Source: Dicyema japonicum
Lineage: Eukaryota > Animalia > Dicyemida
Assembly: GCA_011109175.1 (NCBI GenBank)
Contig: RDEW01000007.1
Coordinates: 898,712 to 931,711 of the forward strand
DNA: 33,000 nt
Reading direction: 5' to 3'
The notes under the pieces: generated by a model
What the model saw: the letters and a program-made list of their open reading frames with translations, nothing else
What the model was told of the DNA's origin: nothing
The model's database searches: none
In this document: one piece after another, positions 22,195 through 31,271 of the stretch
Layout: each line of letters begins with the position of its first letter
Numbering within the stretch: position 1 is the first letter of the stretch
Made by a program: the position numbers and the translations under genes

Positions 22195-22680
22195 ACAATT
22201 AGAGAAATCGGTAGAACTCAGACTAATTCTTCCAAACCTTATTCTTTGCGACGAACCAGTTATGTCAAAACTGATATTGACGTTCTCTTCAGTCGTCTGT
22301 CTGATAAGATCCTCTAGAGATTTGAGAGAATCAGACTCATGGAAACAAAGAGAAGATCATCTTGGGAACAAAAATATTATTTTTCATTAAAAAGGCGGTA
22401 TGTGCTTCGAGAGTTTTAACGACCGTCTTAAGTCATAACGACTCGATCTTTCTCCTCATAAACTTCTGCATCACAGACAAGAATAGAAGGTATCCAAGGA
22501 GAACCGTAACAGAAGTCTCGACTATCCTCGCATCAGGGGACAAGAACTCCAGGCTGGTTTGGACAATGGAAACCTCGTCCGGTGGAAAGCTAGCATTTCT
22601 ACTCTCTGTCCTACGCATATTCACTTGCAAGCCGATGTTTGACAGAGCAGGAATACCGATTTCCAGAGAGTCAAAAATGT
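22195..22680 (-). mobile_element. CRE-like non-LTR fragment (RT C-terminal region)
   Basis: GLQVN...VTVLLG...LEAHTAFLMKNNIFVPKM...SLEDLIRQTTEENVNISFD..GSSQ..RFG resembles the CRE pattern ID.H.A..LLKN...PKL....LD..IR...E...N......W.QA.LP.R.GGLG. Confidence 0.55.
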
Positions 22681-22708
22681 TAATTTATTATAATTATCTT
22701 TTAATTAT

Positions 22709-23794
22709 TGTCGTGTCATAAGAACCCGGGTCGTTGATACTGTCCGGGCTGATAAGACGTTTCAAGAGAAACAAAATAGAGAGAAGTTAAATCCCCAAGG
22801 AAATAGAGAAGTAAAATCCCGGAGTAAAGTAGAGATGTTAAATCTCTAAGGAAAAGAACCGAAATATAATATTACTTTAAAGCAAATTCGATATATGGAC
22901 CACTATGTGGGTAACAAAGTCTTGTAGACTCCAATTCGAATGTAAGGAACAATTGGTGTAGGTACTCCCCCAGTAGGTCCCTTCTTCTCAATTATGTAGA
23001 TACAAAGTCGTGTAAATCCCAATTCGAATGTAGGGAACAATTGGTGTGAAAAATACAAATATCTCAAATATCGATTATTCAAAAATTTGTACATTATTTT
23101 TTAGATAAGATTTAGAGGTGTGATTCTGGTCTACCATGAATCGCCATTATCTCTCAATCACATAATAATGCTGAAACTTCAGAGTTACAAAACTTTTTCC
23201 ACTATCCGTGTGTAAGGTTTCAGGTGAACCAACTTAGCAAATCATATTTTCAAAAAATTTCTTATATTTGTGAAGTTTTACTAATTAAAGGGAAATGACC
23301 AAGCAAATATTGAGTAACAATCAATTACATTAAGAAATCAATTTATATTCTTTATTATAGGAAGAATATCTTCGAAGATCAATACAATCCGCCATGAAAT
23401 CTTTCGAATTTATGTGAAAACGGTAATCAATTGAATATCTTCACAAGTCTTTTGACTGTTAAATGGTTGCAGGAGCGAATAACTTTTTGATTTGTACAAA
23501 ATTATTTTTCGCAAATTAATTTGCACATCTTGGAAACACCAGGATGTCCAATAAAATGTTCCTTAGCAAAAATTGAGTTAATTATAGCTTCTTGAACGGA
23601 ACAGACAACAATTCGAAGGTTTCCATTAAGTTAAAATTTTTTTGTCGTTTTATTGACTCAAAATAAAATTTTTTTGAGGGAAAAAGGGACCGATCATTCG
23701 AAGTAAAACTTATTGGTTGTTAATGTTTTCAAGTGATAAAATTGTCTCATCAACCCGGACAGTATCAACAGTCCGCACGCTATGACATACGACA
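22709..23794 (-). mobile_element. Ginger2/TDD-like (KRBA2-type rve integrase) DNA transposon, internally deleted, with TIRs and a 5-bp TSD
   Basis: Ends TGT...ACA; imperfect TIRs of about 50 bp (gttgatactgtccgggctgataagac vs the reverse complement of gtctcatcaacccggacagtatcaac); flanking attat at 22704-22708 and 23795-23799. Minus-strand integrase core FMADCIDLRRYS, NVIDCYSIFAWSFP, GSPETLHTDSGK.FCN, IHGRP. Confidence 0.8.
22773..23047. repeat. Subterminal direct repeats inside the Ginger-like element
   Basis: Three units of about 26 nt (tagagaagttaaatccccaaggaa-like) at 22773-22853; a unit of about 46 nt (acaaagtc.tgta.a..ccaattcgaatgta.ggaacaattggtgt) at 22914-22959 and 23002-23047. Confidence 0.85.
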
Positions 23795-23872
23795 ATTATT
23801 AATTTTTATGCCATATTAGCTATAGCTCAGGGAGAACATATACTTTATTTAAGTAAAGAATTGTATTATAAC

Positions 23873-24100
23873 TAATCGAAGAGGAAGAATCAAGGAATGC
23901 TCTTCACTTCTGTTTTTCTTTTTGTTAGTGTTGTCCGGTTCCGCAATGAAATGTTCACTGATGACGACGTCACTCGTCAAGCCAAAACATCGTGGATGCG
24001 TGGAACCTTCAATCGAAATGTAAAGCTGCGGGATTCGAGCTAATGTCCATCAGGCCTCTTGCCCGGCACTCGGCATACTACGCCGCGGTCATCACACTGC
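23873..24100 (-). mobile_element. tRNA-derived SINE-like repeat, copy 3 (most complete)
   Basis: The minus strand begins gcagtgtgatgaccg (tRNA 5'/A-box-like), has gctcgaatccc (B-box-like), then a body shared with the copies at 14.7 and 20.9 kb and an A-rich stretch. Confidence 0.7.
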
Positions 24101-24729
24101 GCAATGCACCATACGAGAGTGTAAAATAATTTTTTTAAACTCATTAAAAATAAAAAAAATTATATCAGAAATAAATAATAAAAACTTTAACTTAATATTA
24201 TTATATGATCGCCATAAAATATTTTATCAATATGGCTTTCAGAATGACGGAGCGGTGGTCTTGTGGGAGACATAGAACCGGACCGACTACTCTGGAGGCC
24301 CTCATTAAACAAAACTCCGGCATGCGGGAAGGTGGCCCTGCAAATACAGTCAGCCGCCCTGTACGAGCTTGTGTACGAGGAGAGAAGCACCGGGAAAGAA
24401 TGAGGATTTTGACGGAGCGCATCGGGATCACGTGATAGTTAGTTTTGGTTTTACCGTGGTCTTGGGCGTTAAATAAATAAATCACATTTACTTTCTTCAA
24501 CCCAAAAAACAAAAAAGCCAAGAAGGAAGTGCTCGCCCGCAGAGAACTTGTGTAGGCTCAAAGGATCAACACCTAGAAAAGATGAGAGCCATGATCAATC
24601 CGTCGGGGTCACTTAGTTTTTTTCGGTTTAACAGTGGTCTGTGGAATTAATTTAATTCGTGAAAAGTAACTGAGAAGTAGTAGTCTGTGGAGTATTGAAT
24701 TTTACGAATACTCATAAAAATGTCTGGTT

Positions 24730-25360
24730 TGCTTAATTTTAGATTTTGAATCATAACTCAGCTAATAGAATTTCTTACTTTAATTTGAACGACAACATTT
24801 ATCGATTACGAGTCCACTCGATTATCGATTATCATTCAACCCAATACTTGAAGGAGAGTCTTCAATTAATTTGACTACAAAAATTATTTTTTGTAGTTTC
24901 TAAGTTGAATCATTATAGCTGATAGGGCCAACATCAACAGTTATAGTTTAAGAACACTTTCTGGAGTTTCTTGATGGCTACATTAAAATGCATTGTGAAA
25001 GCACCTTCCGTGTCTTTATGAGTTCATTCTTAAATGTCTCATTGCAATCTTCTTCATCAGAGCTAAGCTCATCATAAAAGCTTTCTAAATTTTCATTTTC
25101 CACAATATCCTGATTAATTGGGCTGTTTTCGTTATCGTGGATTTATAGTGTCATAAAGTTCAACTTCAGACCTTTTCGAAGCAATTTCATGTGCTTATTT
25201 AATTTTACAGCCATAAAATTTAATGTTGGTCGGGAAACTTTTGAATCTCAGAGAACGAAAAACTTTAACTTCAGTGCCCATTCACCCAATTTGACGTGGA
25301 GCAGACTTCACATAGGATTTCTTCCCTTTTCAGGCGGACAAACTTTAGAGATGACATATT
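24730..25360 (-). mobile_element. Possible decayed hAT-like transposase relic
   Basis: Fragments AHEIA....VELYD, an acidic linker (DELSSDEEDC) and MIIDNR...KVRNSI are in hAT-like order; heavily mutated. Confidence 0.3.
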
Positions 25361-25439
25361 TCTCACAAATAAATGCATATTTATGCAGATCTGACTGTAT
25401 TTTCCTACATATTCTAATTTTTTCTATTTTGATTTACGA

Positions 25440-25766
25440 GTTGGTAAGAGTCCTAGAGGAACACGATGGAGATAAGTATCTTGATGTTACCGAAACTTCA
25501 AAGTCGCTTGGACTAAGCGACAAATTACTGAAGGCATTCATAGAAGGGCATTTTTGTTATGCAAGACTTCTCTAAATTTGTTCCTAGCATTAAATGAGTA
25601 TGGACGAAGAGGACGTGTATTCCCCCTGCTAAACTAGTACATGGGTGTTGTGAAGCTTGAGCCCACAGAGTATGATGAGATTGATGTTATGATCCGTGGA
25701 GTACTCAGAAAAAACCATGTCCACGTGTTGGCAGCCAATAAGGAAAGACTATATTTACCTCGTGAG
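25440..25766 (+). mobile_element. R4/Dong-like non-LTR RT fragment
   Basis: NLFLALNEY..LN*YMGVVKLEPTEYDEIDVMIRGVLRKNHVH....KERLYLPRE; RLYLPR is the typical post-RT motif of this group. Confidence 0.7.
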
Positions 25767-25769
25767 AAT

Positions 25770-26444
25770 TCCACAAATCGAGTTTTTCTCCGCAGTTCGG
25801 GTTTCCCCAAAACGAGGTCGGACTGTAATAGTCTTTATTGGATGTATTGGCAGTTTTGGACTCACATAAAATCTACGCAGAGGTAGTTTTAAAGTGGAGA
25901 GTGCTCGGAATTGGCTCAGAGAATGTCTCTAGAAAGTGAAGGATTAATACTGGGGACAGTGGGGTTTGTAATCGATAATACCCCATGCCACTCCAAGATT
26001 GAAATCATGTTGGAAGAACCAGTATTTGTTAGTACCGAATAGTACGATGCTCAACCCGATCGAGAGTGTCTGGTCTTTCATGAAAAGCGATATTAAAAGA
26101 AATTTGGCAGCTCAAATGACTATTTTATTAACTGTAAAGGAATGGTGTTTCTATTGCTGAGTACAGACTGAGACTACTTGAAGGGTTAGTTCATAATGGA
26201 AGTGATAAGGTTAATGCAACTCTTTTACTAAGTGCGCTCCAGGAATTCATGCTCATGTGCCTTGAATAAGAGTGATATTAAATTTTAGAGTGATATGACT
26301 CTATTAATTTATTTTTTGTGTAATTATTAAAAAAAGTTAAAAAATTCTCATTTTGAATGGCACTGTCCACTTTGAGTGACACTGTCACATTTTGATTGAC
26401 ATCATTCTCATTTTGATTGACATTTTCTCATTTTGAATGGGATA
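25770..26444 (+). mobile_element. Tc1/IS630-like (DDE_3) transposon, 3' half with repeat-containing terminus
   Basis: IGCIGSFGL..LRRGSFK, VIDNTPCHS, and MLNPIESVWSFMKSDIKR (like PYSP.LNPIE..W...K). Five short repeats (c.cattttga.tg.ca-like) at 26346-26441 are followed by TA. Confidence 0.75.
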
Positions 26445-27559
26445 TGGCTGAATATTAATATAAAAACTTACGATTGCCGAAGAACCATGCTGAGACTGCA
26501 AGGAAGGTATTCTCGATCTATTTATTTTTGTATTCAGAGATAGGGGATACGCACATAGAAAATTTGGATATGCAGCATAAATTTATGTACTGAGTGTCAC
26601 ATTCTGGGAGAAAATTATAAGAATTATTTCAGGAAACTACTATATTTGTGCTTATATCAAGAAAAGAGTTGCTGAAAATGCTATCATCGGAATTCCATCG
26701 TTGAAAGCAATTTATCCGTGATGATTCCAGTTTCGGTTTTATTGGATATGGCTATGATTTTGCGATTAATTTTGGATCCTGAAGGAGGTAAAATTCGCTT
26801 CGTTTAACGAACCCGGATCCTTTGTACATTCTACACTTGCCTTGTTCAGAACTTTGGTTTTCTGATGTTTCTTAGTCCATCACTCAGTTTTTCATACTCA
26901 TGAGAAGACAGAAGATACGCGTCTTCATTCAGCTAAGTAGGCATTTTGCGTAGTAGAGGTACGTCTCCGATTAACCGATTGGCTTACTGATATTCATTAC
27001 TCAATCGAGGCTGCTAAGTTTTAAGTATAAATTGGGGGAAGTGGTAATAGACTGAGTTGACCTCAATATTGAAAGGCTAATATTTTTGAAACTACTTGAG
27101 GCTAGGATTTCTCTTCCTCGGTCTTACTAAGAGATCTTCTGGATGTTAACATGAGGACATTATGCCGAGTCATCATTTTCTGGGAATTTACTTTAATATG
27201 ACAGATTGCCTAAATGAGAGAGGTCCTCGCATCCTTGATGGATACTATATATTAGAGGGATTTGATAGATTAGGTCTGAGTCTAAATGTATTCCATTTGG
27301 GAAACTTTGTGAATTGAGAGTTCTTGGAAAAGGTCATACCAAATCGCTTTCCTTCCGTTTGCTGATTATAAAAACGAGGAAAGGCTGATTGAGCTCGTAG
27401 GAGGAATTGAGTTCTCAATCAAGAGAGCTTCTTACTAATTTATAACACTTAAATTTATTTCCTATTGATGGATATCGATTGAATTCCTATTATTTTTGTT
27501 CGTAACTCCACTGAAATTGACCAATAAAAAGTATATTTGACACATCTACCTGAGAAATA

Positions 27560-28900
27560 AGATAAATTGTCGATCCCAATGCTGATTGGCAATGATTTAT
27601 GTAAATTGAAGTCATCTGTTTCTCATAATCTATAGATTTTGACCATTTTTATTTAAAAGCAGGTCATACTTCTTTTTTCTCCAGTTCCACTGATTGCAAA
27701 CAGTTTGTGGACGTAATGGCAACTCCTATGATAAAGACATTACCAGACTCATTAGAGTGTACCACAATGTCCATTAGATTGTCCTTGACAATTACCGAGG
27801 TTCTGACAACACTGTCCACTTTGATCTGGAATCTGGTGTTCTCCACTGTAGATTGCACTTTATGTGTTTGAAATTTGTAGATGAAGGGTCGGAAACCCAA
27901 CTTGCGAACCGCACCAAAAAACCTTCAAAGAATTTGAGTCGTACAGCATTTTCAGTGATGTGCACGCTGCATTTCAATCAAATTGTCTTTGTCCTCATCT
28001 CTATCGCCGATCTTCTCTATTTTGAAAGTAAATGGGTTAACAATCCAGGTATCAGAATCTTTAATATTTCCAATTGAAAAATATCCATCAAATGAAAGTT
28101 TTAAGCATTCAAGATGATTTTTGATTTCTGCTTTAATAATTCTATCAAAATCGAGTTGGATTTGATAGCGATTTCAAGCAGTGCTGGAAAATTGGCAAAA
28201 AAGTGGAAAAGTCTTTAATAGTCGAGTCCACAGAAACAGTTTATTTTGGTGCACATGGCTTAATGAGAGTCTCTGCAATAGTATGTGGCTTCTTTGATTT
28301 CACAACTTTTTTGATTGACGCCAAAAGTAACGGTTTGTCAATGCAGGTGATCCAAGCTTCGGAAGCGTTTCTTAGATATCGTGACTTTTTAGCCGTCAAC
28401 AATTAAAGATCATTTCCTGAACGTTTAGATCTGATGGTTCCTAGGTGAGTTGTCCGTGTTTTCTCGGTCGTTATTATGGCGTGTGTTTGACCAGCCATCA
28501 GGATTTCGTGCATTTGTATGAGGATATGCTCGCTTAGTTGGACTACCAACACATATTCCACGGCCGAATTTCTCACGGGGTAAATATAACCTTTCCTATA
28601 TTCTCAAAGAAATCCCAAGCACAGACCCCCATGGAGTAGATCTCCTTAGCTGTTCGCCTATTTTGTGCCTAAAATAGTGAAAATGAATACTCCACCTATT
28701 CATCACAGCCATTACATAGCTAATGAACCACACAGGCATGCACAACCAGTGTAGGCACTTGACAAGGTAAGAATGATCAACTGAGTCATAAGCCTACTTC
28801 ACATCCACCAACATTGACAAAAGTGATTTTCCATGAGATATAGAAAGGAACTTATTGATCAAAGTCGTAAAACAATCTGCGATCAAATTCAAACAGATTA
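27560..28900 (-). mobile_element. Degenerate R4/Dong-like non-LTR retrotransposon (second subfamily)
   Basis: VDVK*AYDSVDHSYL, ERLYLPREKFGRG, and the endonuclease region THKVQSTVEN...DIVV...FIIGVAITS...VELEK are homologous to the 5.5-7.1 kb element; large internal deletions. Confidence 0.7.
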
Positions 28901-29561
28901 TTTTCTCTCCTTAAAAAAACTTTCGTGGGTATAGAGTTTCCTTCTGCCTCCTCTAACTCTGACTATGCCCTCTTCAATTCTTTGGATCTCATTTGGGAAC
29001 ACGGCGTTTACTAAGTAATCCCCTTACTATATAATATAAGTGACCCTTATCTTTCCAACATTTTTCTTCACTATAGAGAGTGTTAACGTGACCGACTCAA
29101 TAGCACTTTGCATGTTTTTTATTAATAAAAAATAAAATATTAAATGTGTTCTCATTGCTCGCCTTTTTTTCAAAAAATTCTCCTAAAAGACACTGTATTT
29201 GTTGAAAAAAAATTCAACAATCCTTTGCTCCTCAGTTAAGCAACGATAAAATATCACCGATTGAGTTCACAATCATGTTTCCTGACTTCCTTCCAAGACT
29301 CATGGATTTTAAGTCTTTCTCCACTATCTTTATGTCATCCTGAATACAAGCACTGATTCTTCCGAATTCACCTCTCTTGCCTTCCGATACCCATATTGGC
29401 AAGCATATCACTCAATTCATTATAAATTCTAATTTATTAGCATAATTGACACGTATAAGTCCTAATTATGCTGCCTCTCACGATAGCTACAGAGATCACC
29501 TCACTCCAAAAGGTAAAATTATAATGAAAATAAAAGTAATAAAAATATCCGTAAACTAACG

Positions 29562-30038
29562 TTACCATTGGCATTTTTCTAAAGAAATCAACCAATAATG
29601 CGGGGAACACATTCCTGGCATAATTTAGAGGAACCAGTTCGACTTCCCCGTCATTTTCCCTTTACTTAGACTTACATAAAGTCTACCATTTAATAAGCAG
29701 GTTAATATTACCATCCTCATTTGTGATTCCAAGGAGGGATTCGGGACTTAGATTAAAAACATCATGGCTGTATTGGACGGAAGCATTCTTGGTCTTTTTG
29801 CACCAAATCTTATTTTCATAAAATTTGTTTTCTTCATAATCTTTGATTAAGTAATCGCAGTTAAGATTCTCGACTGGTTCCCAAGTATTATATCGACTAG
29901 AATTAGCAATAAGGAATACTTTGAATAGTTCTTCCACTTTATTAAATAATAGGTCACTCCACTCGAATCTTCTTTTGAGTCTAATATGCTCTCGACCTCA
30001 TAGTCGAAGAAAGATTCACCACTCTCATCGATATCCAT
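29562..30038 (-). CDS. HP1/CBX-family protein (chromodomain plus chromoshadow), about 141 aa, 3 exons
   Basis: YEVESILD...YYLIKWKNYSN|RYNTWEPVENLNC (aromatic cage Y/W/Y intact); chromoshadow PESLLGITNEDGNINLLIKW|ENDGEVELVPLNYARNVFPALLVDF. Introns 29897-29919 (23 nt) and 29660-29686 (27 nt). The end assumes a 1-nt insertion near 29580 giving ...DF(F/L)EKCQW*. Confidence 0.85.
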
Positions 30039-30689
30039 TAATCAAATATTTAAAATTTATTATAATTTTGTATTTATTAAAAATCAAAAAAATATTTAAT
30101 GTTTTGTTTCTTTTTAAATTAATAGTGCACATGGCAGATACTGGCTTGTGTGTACTTGATTGAAGAGCATAGGGCCAAGTTGAGGTCTCTGTTAAAGCGT
30201 GTCCGAATCACTTGAGTAGTTGTTTGGTGTTGCCGTGGTCTTTGGAATTTTTTCATTTCACTCCACATGTTGAAAATGCGATGAGAAGACCAATGTACTG
30301 AAAAGTCGTTCGTGGGTGTGGAATATCCATAATCTCCAAAATTTTGCCCTTCAAGATTCTCAAAAAACAACTCCTCCCGAGTATTAGTATACTTAGATTC
30401 ACAGCACGGAACTCCCCTAATGAGTTAATCAATAGAGTTGGGGGAAATTACTAGTGAATTTCAAATACTATTATTAAGTTATAAAAAAATTAACAAATAA
30501 TTATATCATTACCCCCAAACAGTGAAATTAGATATTACACATGCAGAACACTAGAAAGTCCGCCGACCACCGTTACATGTGGGTGATATGAATACCTTTG
30601 TATTGTAAAAAAATGTGGGCATAAAAAACCACAGACTTTCCCCATTCAAAAAAACAAAATTTGAGCGTACATTTCAATATTGACAGGGA

Positions 30690-30990
30690 GTCAAGATCAC
30701 TGAGGAAAAAAGTATAAGACACAACTCTAGAAACAGTTTTAAATCCACCCAAGTTGACCAATTACATTAGGAGTTAGCCAATCCACTTTGAATGTTAAGA
30801 ATTCAAATCCCCACATAGAATTAGGTCATTTAAATTAAATGAGGTCGGACAAAACCATAGAAGGATTATAAGATAGAGAATATGTACAGTCCAGATATCC
30901 CCTTTAGAGAGTAGACACAGTATGACTGACATCCGCAAAGTCAGTTCCTTACAATTGTTGGGAGTGCCAACCAGGCCACTCATGTAAGAT
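30690..30990 (-). mobile_element. Decayed LINE APE endonuclease fragment
   Basis: LILCGDLNS*HSKW followed by TPNVIGQ and TFF...SIL resembles GDFN.H...W...N..G / PT....S.LD. Confidence 0.45.
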
Positions 30991-31271
30991 ACTGAGTATA
31001 CCAGGCAATATGGATTTAGTATTGACCTAGAAAGTTTCGATCTGTGGACACATGTAAATTCTATCTTGAGGTTTGAAATCAAAAGTTCAGGTCCTAAGTT
31101 TGATACGGGGCATATTAATAATATTAATAGTAACACCAGAGACCACGGTCACACAAACTTAAACTCTAATATTGACGTAACAAATATCGTAAACAAAACT
31201 CAGATAATTTTTGAAAAAATAAATTTATTATTTTCTTTAAATAATTAATTAATTCATAATATAAATTGTTC

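Noticed and set aside
24187-24620. GC-rich overlapping ORFs as a gene
   Set aside because: No consistent splice model or recognisable domain; probably a TE remnant.
26346-26441. CRISPR-like repeat array (also considered for 22773-23047)
   Set aside because: The repeats are degenerate and nearly contiguous with no unique spacers, the context is eukaryotic, there are no cas genes, and transposon termini explain them.
15990-27420. Ciliate-like reassignment of TAA/TAG suggested by in-frame stops in unassigned regions
   Set aside because: Conserved exons of the six host genes have no internal TAA or TAG once spliced, apart from local frame breaks, and SDA1, the SSXT gene, the catenin gene and the RTE all end in TAA.
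30119-30370. Merlin/IS1595-like transposase (NMWSEMKKF)
   Set aside because: Only one short motif; the VNH and HTN/HTQ motifs are absent.
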